In this document: piece after piece, positions 28,019-38,906 of the stretch
Layout: every line of letters begins with the position of its first letter
Position numbering within the stretch: the stretch's first letter is position 1
Origin: Chloroflexota bacterium
GTDB taxonomy: Bacteria; Chloroflexota; UBA11872; VXOZ01
Length of the DNA: 64,000 bases
Assembly (NCBI GenBank): GCA_963662335.2
Contig: CAXXVD010000002.1
Coordinates: forward strand, 128,001 to 192,000
Reading direction: 5' to 3'
Program-made: the position numbers and the translations under genes
Notes under the pieces: model-generated
Databases searched by the model: none
Told to the model about the DNA's origin: nothing
What the model saw: the letters and a program-made list of their open reading frames with translations, nothing else

Positions 28019-29230
28019 ATGAAGAGCGATTTCGTATCGGCAATCGCGCAGATTGCCAGTGAAAAAGGCCTTAATCAAGAAGACGTCATTAGCGCGCTGG
28101 AGACCGCGATCCTCTCCGCTTACCGCAAAGTCAGCGGCGATCCGGTGCCCAACGCCGTCGCGTACTTCGACGCGCAATCCGGCGAATCCAAGATCTACGT
28201 GCCCAAAGTCGTGGTGGAAAGCGTGGAAGACCGCGAGACCGAGATCAGCGTCGCCGACGCCCAGGCCATCGACCCGGAGGCGGAGCCGGGCGACGAAATC
28301 GAGGTGGAAATCACCCCGCCCAACGTGGGGCGCATTGCCGCCCAGGCCGCGCGCCAGGTGCTCTTGCAGTCGCTGCGGGAAAAAGAGCGGGACCACGTCT
28401 ACGACGACTTCATCGACCGGGTGGGCGAAATCGTCAGCGGACGGGTGCAGCGCGTGGATAATCGCGGCGTGGTGCTGGACTTCGGCCGCGCCGAGGCGCT
28501 CATGTCCTCCGCGGACATGGTCCCCGGCGAGCGCGACCGCTACCGCCTGGGCCAACGCCTGCGCGCCTATATCGCGGAAGTGCGCAAAGACCTGAAAGGA
28601 CCGGTGGTGCGCGTCTCACGCGCCCACAAGGACTTCATCCGCCGCCTCATCGAGCAGGAAGTGCCCGAAGTGCAGAACGGCGCCGTGGAGATCAAGGAAA
28701 TTGCCCGCGACCCGGGTTCGCGCACCAAGGTGGCCGTGGCCGCCGCGCAAGAGGGCTTGGACCCGGTGGGGTCGTGCGTCGGCATGAGGGGCACGCGCAT
28801 CCAGAACGTGCTGCGTGAACTCGGCAACGAGAAAGTGGAGATCATCGAGTGGAGCGCGGATACCGCCACCTTCATCAAGAACGCGCTCTCGCCGGCGGAG
28901 ATCCAACGCGTGGAACTGACCGAGGTTGACGAGCAGCCGGTTGCCTCGGTGCTCGTGGACGCGGACATGGTCTCGCTGGCAATTGGCCGCGACGGCCAGA
29001 ACACCCGGCTCGCCAACCGGCTCACTGGCTGGAAGATCAACATCCGCTCGCTGGAGGAACCGGACGACGGCGCGCCGGCCGCGCAGCCGGCGGATGCCGA
29101 ACTCGCCGCCGACGCCGCGGCCGTGCCGCAGACGGCAGCGCCTGTGACCGAGTCCGCCGCAGCCGCGCCGGAAGCGTCCGCAGCGCCGGAAGGGACGGAA
29201 ACCCTCACGACCGAGGATCCCGCCGGCTAG
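28019..29230 (+). CDS. nusA: Transcription termination factor NusA
   Basis: GRIAAQAARQV, S1 domain, ARDPGSRTKVAV, DPVGSCVGMRGTRI, LAIGRDGQN. Confidence 0.97.
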   Translation: MKSDFVSAIAQIASEKGLNQEDVISALETAILSAYRKVSGDPVPNAVAYFDAQSGESKIYVPKVVVESVEDRETEISVADAQAIDPEAEPGDEIEVEITPPNVGRIAAQAARQVLLQSLREKERDHVYDDFIDRVGEIVSGRVQRVDNRGVVLDFGRAEALMSSADMVPGERDRYRLGQRLRAYIAEVRKDLKGPVVRVSRAHKDFIRRLIEQEVPEVQNGAVEIKEIARDPGSRTKVAVAAAQEGLDPVGSCVGMRGTRIQNVLRELGNEKVEIIEWSADTATFIKNALSPAEIQRVELTEVDEQPVASVLVDADMVSLAIGRDGQNTRLANRLTGWKINIRSLEEPDDGAPAAQPADAELAADAAAVPQTAAPVTESAAAAPEASAAPEGTETLTTEDPAG

Positions 29231-29279
29231 TTCCGCGTTTCGGTTCCACCGCGGACCCGGGCCAAAACGCGGCGCAGCC

Positions 29280-29630
29280 TTGGAGGGGAGGACGCGGGTG
29301 ACCCAAACTGCCGCGCCGCGGGCAAGACACGTGCCGCTGCGCACCTGTCTCGGCTGCCGCGCGGCGAAGCCCAAGCGCGACCTGGTGCGGATCGTACGCA
29401 CGGCGGCGGGGCAGGCGCAGATCGACGAAACGGGCAGCGCCCGCGGCCGCGGCGCGTACTGCTGTCCCAACGCCGCGTGCGCCGCGCGCGCACTCCGGCA
29501 GGGCGCGCTGAACCGGGCGTTGCGCACGAACCTGGACCCGGCGGCGCTGGCGGCGCTGCGGGCGTGGGCCGCGCGCCTTGACGCGCCAAGTCATCCGATC
29601 CCGGCGCGGCGTTCAGCGCGCGCGGAGTAG
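29280..29630 (+). CDS. ylxR: YlxR family RNA-binding protein
   Basis: HVPLRTCLGC...LVRIVR...GRGAYCC; between nusA and infB. Confidence 0.9.
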   Translation: MEGRTRVTQTAAPRARHVPLRTCLGCRAAKPKRDLVRIVRTAAGQAQIDETGSARGRGAYCCPNAACAARALRQGALNRALRTNLDPAALAALRAWAARLDAPSHPIPARRSARAE

Positions 29631-29698
29631 ACTGCGCGCTGCGTCACCCTTCCCGGCTTAGCCCGGCGGAAGGAACCGGCGCGAGAGGAGAAAGAACG

Positions 29699-31627
29699 AT
29701 GAGAACAGGCTCCAGATCACGCGGCGGCGCGCGCACGCGACGGCGTTCCGGCGGCCGCGGCTCGTCGGCGGCTGCCTCGAGAGCGGCGGCGTCGCCAAAC
29801 ACGCAGCAAGCGGACCACGCCTCCGGCGCGCCGCAAACCGCCGTCAGGCCCGCGGCGGCGCAGAAGATCAAACTGCCGCCGGACATTACCGTCGGCCAAC
29901 TCGCCGAGCGCCTCGACGAGAGCCCGACCACCGTCATCAAAGAACTCTTTACGCGCGGCACCGCCGTCACCATCAATCAATCGCTCGACTTCGCCACCGC
30001 TTCGGTGGTCGTGGAGGCCCTGGGCCATACGGTTGTCAAGGAAGAAGCCAAACCGGCGGCATCCAGGCAGAAAGAAGACGCGGTGCTGGAAATCGCCAAG
30101 CAGACGGGCACTACCGTGCGCAAGCGGCGGCGCTTCGAGAAGCGCTCGCCGGTGATTACCGTGATGGGCCACGTGGACCACGGCAAGACCTCGCTGCTGG
30201 ACGCCCTGCGCCAGACCAACGTGGCGGAAGGGGAATCCGGCGGCATTACGCAGCGCATCGGCGCCTATCAAGTGACCCACAACGGCGAGGCCATCACCTT
30301 CATCGACACCCCCGGCCACGAGGCCTTCACCGCCATGCGCGCCCGGGGCGCCAAGGTCACGGACCTGGCGGTCATCGTGGTTGCGGCCGACGACGGCATC
30401 ATGCCCCAGACCGTCGAGGCTATCAATCACGCCCGCGCGGCCAAGGTGCCGTTCTTGATCGCGCTCAATAAGATCGACCTGCCGAACGCCAACCCGGACC
30501 GCGTCAAGCAGCAGCTTACGGAACACGAAATCGTAATCGAAGAGTACGGCGGCGATACGGTGCTGGTAGAGGTCTCCGCCCAGACCAAAGAAGGGCTGGA
30601 AGACCTGCTGGAGATGATCGCGCTGCTCTCGGAGTTGGAGGGCGTGCGCGCCGATCCCCGCGTGCCGGCGCGGGGCGTCGTGATCGAGAGCGTCGTGGAC
30701 AAGAGCCGCGGCCCGGTGGCGACCGTCCTCGTGCAGGAGGGCACGCTCCGCGTGGGCAATACCGCGGTCTGCGGCGCCACCTCCGGCCGCGTGCGCGCGC
30801 TCTTCGATGAGAGAGGCGCGCCCATCGACGCGGCCGGCCCCTCCGTGCCGGCTGAGATTCTGGGCCTCAGCGACCTGCCCGCGCCCGGCGATACGCTCAT
30901 CGAGGTGGTGGACGATAAGGCCGCCAAGGTGCTGCTGCAGGGACTGGCCGAGCGCCAACGCGCGGAGACCGAGCGCATGTCGCTGGATATTCTCAGCGCC
31001 ACCGCCGGGGAAGGCGTGGAAGAACTGGACGTGGTCTTGAAAGCCGACAATCGCGGCTCCATGGAAGCCGTTCAACAGGCGTTGGAGCAGCTTTCCACGG
31101 CTGAAACCCGCGTGCGCGTCGTCTATAGCGGCGTGGGCCCGGTGAGCGAATCGGACGTGCAGTTGGCGATCGCCGGCAACGCGCTGATCACGGCCTTCAA
31201 CGTGCGGCCCGACGCCGCCGCCCGCTCCCTGGCGGAAGCGGAAAAGGTCGAAATCCGCCACTACACCGTGATCTACACCCTCATCGAGGAGATGCAGAAG
31301 GCCTTGCTGGGCCTGCTGGAACCGGAGTACGTCGAGGTCAGGGACAGCCAGGCCGAGATTCGCGCGGTCTTCAACCAGGTGCGCGGACAGAGCGTGCTCG
31401 GCGCGCTGGTGCGGGAAGGGGTGGTGCGCCGGGGCGCGCAGGTGCGCGTGCTGCGCGATAAGCGGCTGCTGCTCAAGACCACCGTCACCAGCCTGCGCCG
31501 CTTCAAGGACGCCGTGCGCGAGGTAACCGGCGGCTACGAGTGCGGCATCGGCATCGGCGAGGTGTACGACGCCCGCGAAGGCGACGTGCTGGAGACCTTC
31601 CACGTGGAAGAGAAGGCGCGTTTCTAA
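29699..31627 (+). CDS. infB: Translation initiation factor IF-2
   Basis: [34 protein letters not shown]. Confidence 0.98.
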   Translation: MRTGSRSRGGARTRRRSGGRGSSAAASRAAASPNTQQADHASGAPQTAVRPAAAQKIKLPPDITVGQLAERLDESPTTVIKELFTRGTAVTINQSLDFATASVVVEALGHTVVKEEAKPAASRQKEDAVLEIAKQTGTTVRKRRRFEKRSPVITVMGHVDHGKTSLLDALRQTNVAEGESGGITQRIGAYQVTHNGEAITFIDTPGHEAFTAMRARGAKVTDLAVIVVAADDGIMPQTVEAINHARAAKVPFLIALNKIDLPNANPDRVKQQLTEHEIVIEEYGGDTVLVEVSAQTKEGLEDLLEMIALLSELEGVRADPRVPARGVVIESVVDKSRGPVATVLVQEGTLRVGNTAVCGATSGRVRALFDERGAPIDAAGPSVPAEILGLSDLPAPGDTLIEVVDDKAAKVLLQGLAERQRAETERMSLDILSATAGEGVEELDVVLKADNRGSMEAVQQALEQLSTAETRVRVVYSGVGPVSESDVQLAIAGNALITAFNVRPDAAARSLAEAEKVEIRHYTVIYTLIEEMQKALLGLLEPEYVEVRDSQAEIRAVFNQVRGQSVLGALVREGVVRRGAQVRVLRDKRLLLKTTVTSLRRFKDAVREVTGGYECGIGIGEVYDAREGDVLETFHVEEKARF

Positions 31628-31631
31628 GCCC

Positions 31632-32057
31632 ATGGATCTGCGAAAGCTGGAACGGTCAACCGCGCTCTTGCGCGAGGAACTGACCGACATCCTGCGCGCG
31701 GAGGTGCGCGATCCCCGCCTGCACACGGTCACGGTCTCGGCGGTGCGTCTCTCCCGCGATCGGCGCTTCGCCCGCGTGTACGTGAGCCTGGCGGAAGACG
31801 AGGAGGCGGAGGAGCAGGCCGTGCTGGCCGCCCTGCGCCGCGCCGCCGGTTTCGTGCGCCGCTGCCTGGCCCAACGGCTCTCGTGGTATAAAGCGCCGGA
31901 AGTCACGTTTGCGCTCGACGAGGGCATGAAACAGGGCGACCGGGTGCTGGCCCTCTTCCGCGACATCGAAACAGAGGCGCGTCCACAGGCCGACGCGCCG
32001 GCGGCGGACGCCGATGAGGCCGGCGCCGGGGCTGCACAGCGGCCTCTTTCCCAGTGA
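31632..32057 (+). CDS. rbfA: Ribosome-binding factor A
   Basis: EVRDPRL, VRLSRD..ARVYVS, AAGFVR; follows infB. Confidence 0.92.
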   Translation: MDLRKLERSTALLREELTDILRAEVRDPRLHTVTVSAVRLSRDRRFARVYVSLAEDEEAEEQAVLAALRRAAGFVRRCLAQRLSWYKAPEVTFALDEGMKQGDRVLALFRDIETEARPQADAPAADADEAGAGAAQRPLSQ

Positions 32058-33136
32058 CGCAAACGCGCATATCCTCTGCGGCGCCGCCGGTGACGCAGCC
32101 GGCGGCAATAGGCGACGCGGCGTGCGCCGGCGACTGCAAAGCGGCAATTCCCGCCGGCGAGTGGGAACGCGCCTGCGCGCTCGTGCTGGCTGCGCAGCGC
32201 ATCGTCCTCACCACCCACGCCGGTCCCGACGGCGACGGCATCGGCAGCATGATCGGCCTCTACCTGGCTCTGCGCGCTCTGGGCAAGACGGCGGCGATGG
32301 TGTGCGCCGACCCGGCGCCGCCAGACCTTGTCTTCCTGCCGGACGCAAGCCGGGTGCAGGTCGCTGACGCTCTCGACGGCCTTCCGCTTGACCCTGACCT
32401 CATCATCGTCTGCGATGCCGCCAGCCTGCCGCGGCTCGGCGCGGTGTACGCCGGAAATCAGTCCCATTTTGCCGCCCTGCCGGTGCTCAACCTGGACCAC
32501 CACCAGACGAATACCCGCTTTGGCGCGGTCAATCTGGTTGACACCACCGCCGCCGCCACGGCCGAGATTGCCCACGAGTTGCTGGAGCGGCTGCGCGTCC
32601 TGCCCACGCCGGCCATCGCCACGGCGCTGATGACCGGCCTGGTTACCGACACGCTGGGCTTCCGCACGGACAGCGTAACGCCGCGCACGCTGGCTTTGGC
32701 CGCGCATCTGCTGGAGCGCGGCGCGCCGCTCCACGACATCTGCTACCGCGTGTTTCACGCCACGCGCTACGAGAAACTCAAGATCTGGGGGTACGCCCTT
32801 TCCAATCTGCAACGCACGGCGGACGGCCGCATCGCCTGGACGACGATTCCGCGCGAGGTACGCCTGGAAGTGGGCGCCAAGGAAAGCGACCTGTCGGGGC
32901 TGGCCGCTCTCATCGAGGGCATCGCGGGCGCGGACATTCTCATCATCGCGTGGGATAAGCGGAAAGACCCAAACCGCACGCAAGTCTCGCTGCGCGCGCG
33001 TACGGTGAGCGCTGCCGCCGTCGCGCAGACACTGGGCGGCGGCGGACACGCCGGCGCGGCCGGCGCGCTCTTGCACGAACCGCTGGCTGTGGGACTGCGC
33101 AAAGCGCTTGAGGCGGCGCAGGCGCATCTCGAATAG
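32054..33136 (+). CDS. nrnA: DHH family oligoribonuclease / PAP phosphatase
   Basis: HAGPDGDGIGS, LDHH, TDTLGF, GGGGHAGAAG. Confidence 0.88.
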   Translation: MTQTRISSAAPPVTQPAAIGDAACAGDCKAAIPAGEWERACALVLAAQRIVLTTHAGPDGDGIGSMIGLYLALRALGKTAAMVCADPAPPDLVFLPDASRVQVADALDGLPLDPDLIIVCDAASLPRLGAVYAGNQSHFAALPVLNLDHHQTNTRFGAVNLVDTTAAATAEIAHELLERLRVLPTPAIATALMTGLVTDTLGFRTDSVTPRTLALAAHLLERGAPLHDICYRVFHATRYEKLKIWGYALSNLQRTADGRIAWTTIPREVRLEVGAKESDLSGLAALIEGIAGADILIIAWDKRKDPNRTQVSLRARTVSAAAVAQTLGGGGHAGAAGALLHEPLAVGLRKALEAAQAHLE

Positions 33137-33160
33137 TCCGCGCGGCGTCAACACTGCACC

Positions 33161-34054
33161 ATGCGCCACGGCTTTCTCAACATTGCCAAACCTGCCGGTT
33201 GCACGTCCCACGACGTGGTGAACATCGTGCGCCGCCTCCTGGGACAGCGGCGCGTGGGGCACGCGGGCACCCTGGACCCACTGGCGCGCGGCGTGCTGGT
33301 ACTCGGCGTGGGACACGGCACGCGCTTGCTGGAATACCTGGCGGACACGCGCAAGACCTACCGCGCCACGGTGCTGCTCGGCCAAACTACCACCACCGAC
33401 GACCGCGCGGGCGACGTGCTGGAGGAACGCCCCGTAGACGTGGACGGAGCGGCCGTCCATGATGCTCTGGCGCGTTTTACCGGTACGATCGCGCAGGCGC
33501 CGCCCGCGTTCGCGGCGGTACACGTGCAGGGCGAGCGCGCCTACGTACGGGCGCGGCGCGGCGAGACTTTAACGCTCACGCCGCGGCCGGTGACGATCTT
33601 TCGTCTCGACCTCTTGGAGTGCGCGCCGCCGCGGCTTACCCTGGAGGTGAAGTGTTCCACGGGCACGTATGTTCGTGCCCTGGCGCGGGATTTAGGGGCG
33701 GCCCTCGGCTGTGGCGCGCATCTGGCGGCGCTGACGCGCACCCGCGTGGGAGCATTTTCGCTGGAGGACGCCGTGCCTCTCCCCCAACTGGAAGGCCGCG
33801 CGGCGGCCCACGGCTGGGACGACGTGCTGCTGCCGTTGGACTGGCCGCTGCGCCACTGGCCGGAACGCCGCTTGAGCGCAGAGGAAACGGCGCAGGTGAT
33901 GAACGGCGGGCGCGTCGCCGCCGCCGGCGCGGTGTGCCCGGGGCAATTCGCCCGCGCCTACGACCCGCAAGGACGCTTGCTCGCGGTGCTGCAAGCCGTG
34001 GACGCCGCGCCACCGCTCTGGCAGCCGGTGAAAGTCTTTCGCTATAATCCATGA
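33161..34054 (+). CDS. truB: tRNA pseudouridine(55) synthase
   Basis: TSHDVV, GHAGTLDPLA, CSTGTYVRALARD. Confidence 0.96.
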   Translation: MRHGFLNIAKPAGCTSHDVVNIVRRLLGQRRVGHAGTLDPLARGVLVLGVGHGTRLLEYLADTRKTYRATVLLGQTTTTDDRAGDVLEERPVDVDGAAVHDALARFTGTIAQAPPAFAAVHVQGERAYVRARRGETLTLTPRPVTIFRLDLLECAPPRLTLEVKCSTGTYVRALARDLGAALGCGAHLAALTRTRVGAFSLEDAVPLPQLEGRAAAHGWDDVLLPLDWPLRHWPERRLSAEETAQVMNGGRVAAAGAVCPGQFARAYDPQGRLLAVLQAVDAAPPLWQPVKVFRYNP

Positions 34055-34146
34055 TAGTGAACGTGGTGACGGCAATTGCTCCGGCACGCGTGCTCCGCTG
34101 AACGAGGGCGACGGTAGCCCATGACGCAGAGGCGGGGGACAAGCCC

Positions 34147-34445
34147 CAATGTTGTCGCATTAACGTAGCGCGGGGGCTTGTCCCCCGCCGGAGCCATTGA
34201 ATCTGACACGGAAGAGAATTGACCTAACAGCCTCGCAGGTTACAAACCTGCGCTACCGGAGATTCTGAGCGCGAGTTTTGCTGTCTTTTTGTTTAATGCG
34301 ACAGCATTAGGGCTTGTCCCCCGCCGGAGCCATTGAATCTGACACGGAAGAGAATTGACCTAACAGCCTCGCAGGTTACAAACCTGCGCTACCAGAAGTA
34401 TCGGACGCGAGTTTTGCTGTCTTTCTGTTTAATGCGACAACATTA
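34147..34445. mobile_element. Second MITE-like element inserted in a REP, with an internal 136-bp tandem duplication
   Basis: TIR aatgttgtcgcattaa / ttaatgcgacaacatt; flanks gggacaagccc (34136) and ggggcaagccc (34446); units 34174-34309 and 34310-34445. Confidence 0.75.
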
Positions 34446-34697
34446 GGGGCAAGCCCCGCGCTAGCCCGTGGCGCAATGGCGGGGGACAAGCCCCCGCGCT
34501 ACGTTTTGGCCTGCGGTGCGCCGGCGCGTCACGAGGACACACGCGCCGCTGCCATGCATCCGGTAGCGCAGGTTTGCAACCTGCGCCGTATCGCAGTGTT
34601 GTTGGGGTAGCGCGCCGGCACAGTTGACCCGCAAGACGAAGAATTCGCACCGTTAGTCGCGTGATTATTCAGGCTGGGGCAAGGATAGGCAAGCGCA

Positions 34698-35675
34698 GTG
34701 GAGGTTTTTCGCCAAGACCCGGAGACTCTTGAGTCCCACCGTCCCACTGTGCTCACCATCGGCAAATTCGACGGCATTCACCGGGGGCACCGGCACGTGC
34801 TGGCGGCCGTGGCGGCGCGGGCGCGGGCGAACGGTTGGCAGTCCGCCGTCATCATCCTCTGGCCGCCGCCGCCGGAAGTGTTGCGGCCCGGCGCGCACAT
34901 ACCCCGCCTTTCCACCCTGGCCGAACGGGAGGCCGCCATTGCCGCCAGCGGCATCGACCTGCTCATCCTCTGGCCGTTCACCCTGGCGCTTTCCCGCCGC
35001 TCGCCCCGCGACTTCATGGAGATGCTGCGCCGCCGCCTGGACCTGCGCGTGCTCGTGATCGGCAGCGACTTCGCTCTGGGACACCGGCGCAGCGGCACAC
35101 CCGAGGTGCTGCAGGCGCTAGGCGGAGAACTGGGTTTTCAGGTAGACGTCGCGCCGCCCTACGTGCACCAGGGGCAGGCGGTGAGCAGTTCGCGCATTCG
35201 CGCGCACCTCGCCGCTGGCGAGGCGGCGCAGGCGGCGCGGCTGCTGGGACGCTGGCCGACGCTCACCGGCACGGTCGTGCGCGGCGCGGGACGCGGCCAG
35301 TCGCTCGGCTTTCCCACGGCCAATTTGCGCCTGGCTGAGCCGCTGGCCGTGCCCGCCCACGGCATCTACGCCACGTTTGCGGCGCTCGCCTCGCCCGATT
35401 CGCCCGAACCGGAGAGCGCCGCCGCGGCCCGGCCGGCGGTCACCAGCATCGGCGTGCGCCCGACGTTCGGCGACGCGAACGAACAGACCATCGAGACGTT
35501 CCTGCTGGACTTCGACGCCGACCTCTACGGCCAAACCCTGCGCCTGCACTTCGTGGCAAAACTCCGCGACGAGCTAAAGTTCGATTCCGCCGCGGCCCTG
35601 AGCGCGCAGATGGAGCGGGACGTCACCCACGCAGCCGCCGTGCTCGTCCAACACCCGCTGCCACAGCAAAGCTGA
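34698..35675 (+). CDS. ribF: Riboflavin kinase / FAD synthetase
   Basis: TIGKFDGIHRGH, VSSSRIR, LGFPTAN, IGVRPTF, DLYG. Confidence 0.96.
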   Translation: MEVFRQDPETLESHRPTVLTIGKFDGIHRGHRHVLAAVAARARANGWQSAVIILWPPPPEVLRPGAHIPRLSTLAEREAAIAASGIDLLILWPFTLALSRRSPRDFMEMLRRRLDLRVLVIGSDFALGHRRSGTPEVLQALGGELGFQVDVAPPYVHQGQAVSSSRIRAHLAAGEAAQAARLLGRWPTLTGTVVRGAGRGQSLGFPTANLRLAEPLAVPAHGIYATFAALASPDSPEPESAAAARPAVTSIGVRPTFGDANEQTIETFLLDFDADLYGQTLRLHFVAKLRDELKFDSAAALSAQMERDVTHAAAVLVQHPLPQQS

Positions 35676-35745
35676 CCATAGTCCCTCCCGCGCCTCGCAA
35701 AGTGCGGAGGGCTAGCCGGATGCTCGCAAGCCAACGCCTCACGCT

Positions 35746-37698
35746 CTACTCCGGCTCTCCACCGGAAAACCGTTCGGGGTCTTGGAGGCCGGGCCCCCCT
35801 CTGCCGCCCCGTCCGCGGCCGCGGGCAAATGGCGGCATGGAGGGCCCACCATCGCCAACTTCGGCCGTAGCCGGTTCCGGCTCGGTGCGGAACTGGATGC
35901 TGTGCAGTTTGGCATAGAGGCCGCCTTGGGCCAGCAGTTCCTCGTGCGTGCCGGACTCGACGGCGCGGCCTTCGTCCAGCACCAGGATGCGGTCGGCGGC
36001 GCGCACGGTGGAGAGCCGGTGGGCAATGACGAAACTGGTGCGCCCCTGGCGCAGCGTGTTGAGCGCCTGCTGGATAAGCTCTTCCGACTGGGAATCCAGC
36101 GAAGAGGTGGCCTCGTCCAGGATGATGATGCGCGGGTTCTTGAGGAAGACGCGGGCGATGGCCACGCGCTGCTTTTCGCCGCCGGAGAGCCGGAAGCCGC
36201 GCTCGCCGACCACGGTCTCGTACTGCTCCGGCAGGCCCATGATGAAGTCGTGGATCTGCGCCGCCTTGGCCGCCTCGATCACGTCCGCTTCAGACGCTTC
36301 CGGGTTGGCGTAGAGCAGGTTCTCCCGCAGCGAGGTGTGGAACAGGAACGGTTCCTGCGTCACCACGCCCACGTGCCGCATGAGCGAGAGGTATTGCAGG
36401 TCGCGCAGGTCGTAGTCGTCCAGGCGCACCTGGCCGTTCACCGGGTCGTAGAGGCGTGGGATAAGGTAGGTGAGCGTGGTCTTGCCCGCGCCGCTGGGCC
36501 CGACCAAGGCGATCATCTCGCCCGGCTCGGCCGTAAACGTAATGCCCGCCAGCGCCCAGGCCGCCTCGTCGTTGTAGCGGAACCACACGTCCTCGAAGGC
36601 AATCCGCCCATCCACTTTGGCGACCTCCCGCGCGTCCGGCGTGTCGAAGATCTCCGGCTCCATGTCCAGGTAGCCAAAGATGCGGTCGAACAAGGCCATG
36701 GCGCCCTGCACGTCCACGTAGACGTTGGCCAACTGGGACGACGGCCCGTAGAGATTGCGCAGGAACGCGATGAAGGCGATGATCGTGCCGAGGGTCAATT
36801 CGCCTTGCATCACCTGGCGGCCGCCGAACCAGTAGATGGCCGCCGGGCCGATGGAGGCAAAGAGGCCCAGGAACATGAAGAACCAGCGGCCCACCATGGC
36901 TTGCTTGATGTTCAGGCGCAGCAGGTCCCGGCCGATGCCGCGGAAGCGCGTGTCTGCCCGCTGCTCGCCGGAAAACGTCCGCATGAGCAGGTAGCCGCTG
37001 ATGTTCATCATCTCGTGCAAGAAGGCGCTCAGGTCGGCCTGCTTCTCCTGCGTTTCCCGCGAGACCTGCCGCCGGTAGCGCCCCACGCGGCGGGTCGGCA
37101 GCACGAACGCCGGCGTGACGATGAGCGCAATGAGCGCCAGTTGCCAGTTCATGAGAAAGAGCACGATGATCGTGAACACTACGGTAAAGAAGTTCGTGAT
37201 GATCGAGATGACGGTGCCGGCGATGACGCTCTGCACGCCGGCCACGTCGTTGTTGATGCGGGAAATAATCTCGCCGCTGCGGGTCTTGGTGAAGAAGCGC
37301 AAGGACATGCGCTGCATGTGCCGGAAGAGTTGCTTGCGCAGGTCGTAGACGATGCGCTGGCCGACCAGGGCGTTCAGGTAGCTCTGCAAGACACCGATGA
37401 GGCCGGAGAGGAACGGCAAGGCGACCATGCCGAAGACGAGCAGGTTGAGCAGGCCGAAGTCTTTCTGCGGAATGGCGTCGTCGATGGCGCTGCGCATCAG
37501 CAACGGCGGAATGAGCCCCAACCCGGTCATTGCCAATACGCAAATGAGAATGACGATTTCGTGCGGCCAGTACGGCACGAGGTAGCCGAAGACGCGGCGC
37601 ACGCCGGCCGCCGTGAATTCCACCTTCGGTTGCTCTTCGCCAGACCGGTACGGGCGGTTCATGCCCCAGTGCCAGCCACCGCCGCCGCCGTACATCAT
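35746..37698 (-). CDS. ABC exporter, fused permease + ATPase
   Basis: TM domain; GPSGAGKTT, LSGGEKQR, ILDEATS. Confidence 0.95.
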   Translation of the reverse strand: MMYGGGGGWHWGMNRPYRSGEEQPKVEFTAAGVRRVFGYLVPYWPHEIVILICVLAMTGLGLIPPLLMRSAIDDAIPQKDFGLLNLLVFGMVALPFLSGLIGVLQSYLNALVGQRIVYDLRKQLFRHMQRMSLRFFTKTRSGEIISRINNDVAGVQSVIAGTVISIITNFFTVVFTIIVLFLMNWQLALIALIVTPAFVLPTRRVGRYRRQVSRETQEKQADLSAFLHEMMNISGYLLMRTFSGEQRADTRFRGIGRDLLRLNIKQAMVGRWFFMFLGLFASIGPAAIYWFGGRQVMQGELTLGTIIAFIAFLRNLYGPSSQLANVYVDVQGAMALFDRIFGYLDMEPEIFDTPDAREVAKVDGRIAFEDVWFRYNDEAAWALAGITFTAEPGEMIALVGPSGAGKTTLTYLIPRLYDPVNGQVRLDDYDLRDLQYLSLMRHVGVVTQEPFLFHTSLRENLLYANPEASEADVIEAAKAAQIHDFIMGLPEQYETVVGERGFRLSGGEKQRVAIARVFLKNPRIIILDEATSSLDSQSEELIQQALNTLRQGRTSFVIAHRLSTVRAADRILVLDEGRAVESGTHEELLAQGGLYAKLHSIQFRTEPEPATAEVGDGGPSMPPFARGRGRGGRGGPGLQDPERFSGGEPE

Positions 37699-38048
37699 GT
37701 GCGTTGCTCCCTGTGCGTTCCGCAAGCGCGGGGGCGGGAGAACCGCCGTGCGCGCTTCTCTACTCTACGCTTCTCTCTATCTTAACCATTACGTGAATGT
37801 TGCACAACGACGCGGCTGCGGCGGACGCCAAGCGCGAAAGGGGAACGACTTCACGGCGGGAGCAGAATTTCGCGGTGGAGATCCGACATCGCTGCGGGAA
37901 CGCAATTGAGAGGTGGAACTGCAACTGCGCGGTAGGGGCACGACATGTCGTGCCCCTACCGCGGGAGCGATGCTTACCCCGTCAGGAGTCTCAGAACGTC
38001 ATTCCGAGCGCAGCGAGGAATCTAGGACCGTACCGTAACCAAGATCTC

Positions 38049-38414
38049 TCAGAATATGTCGCTTAATTTCTTACCGGAGTAGAAGACATTGACGACGACG
38101 ATCGCCGCCCAGACGAGGCCAACTCCCAAGACTCCGGCGCCGCCCTCGAGCACGATCCCCGTTGCCGGGATCGCGAAGATGAGCGAGCAAATGGGCACGG
38201 CGGGTGACACGCTTTTCGGTTTGACGTTCTGCAGGCGCGCTTCCACGCGGCGGTCGATCACGGCGTCGAGGCGCTCCATGAGCATGTCGGTCAACTCCTC
38301 GTTGTATTCCGCGCCGAGTTCCTGCCGCGCTGAGAGGATAGCGTCCAGTTCCTCCCGGGCGCCCTCCGCTTTTCCGCGCTCTTCTTTGCTTTGCCCTGCT
38401 ACGCTGCTGCTCAT
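38049..38414 (-). CDS. Small membrane protein, paralog 2
   Basis: REELDAILSARQELGAEY...; two C-terminal TMs. Confidence 0.8.
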   Translation of the reverse strand: MSSSVAGQSKEERGKAEGAREELDAILSARQELGAEYNEELTDMLMERLDAVIDRRVEARLQNVKPKSVSPAVPICSLIFAIPATGIVLEGGAGVLGVGLVWAAIVVVNVFYSGKKLSDIF

Positions 38415-38540
38415 GCTCGTTATCCTTCTTGTTCGATACCGTAGCGCTCGTCTTGGCGCTCATTCCGCTGACTGTCCACACCTTTCGTGCAACAGAGCCC
38501 TGGAGCGGATTCGGGGAATGCCGCGCTTGTGCCGGAACCG

Positions 38541-38906
38541 CTAGAAGATGTCGCCAATCTTCTTGCCGGAATAGAGGATATTGACGATGATCAAGGCGGC
38601 CCAGACGACGGCCACGCCCCGGAAGCCGAGCATACTCGCCGCGATCGCGGTCAAGGGAATCGCGAAGACAAGCGAACAAATCGGCACGGCGGGCGAAAGA
38701 GAGGCGGGTTTCGAGTCTTTCTGCAGGCGGGCCTCCACGCGGCGGTCGATGACGGCGTCCAGGCGCTCCATCAGCTTGTCGGCCAGTTCGTCGTTGTACT
38801 CCGCGCCGAGTTCCTGCCGCGCCGAGAGGATGGCGTCCAATTCTTCGCGGGCGCCGTCGGCTTCCCGCCGCTCTTCTTTACCGTGTTCCGCCTCGCTGCT
38901 GCTCAT
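38541..38906 (-). CDS. Small membrane protein, paralog 1
   Basis: Same length (121 aa) and near-identical core to 38049..38414. Confidence 0.8.
   Translation of the reverse strand: MSSSEAEHGKEERREADGAREELDAILSARQELGAEYNDELADKLMERLDAVIDRRVEARLQKDSKPASLSPAVPICSLVFAIPLTAIAASMLGFRGVAVVWAALIIVNILYSGKKIGDIF

Noticed and set aside
29717-33523. 1268-aa minus-strand ORF
   Set aside because: Antisense shadow of infB-rbfA-nrnA-truB in GC-rich DNA; the same applies to 35782..37785, 14201..15766 and 5129..6328.
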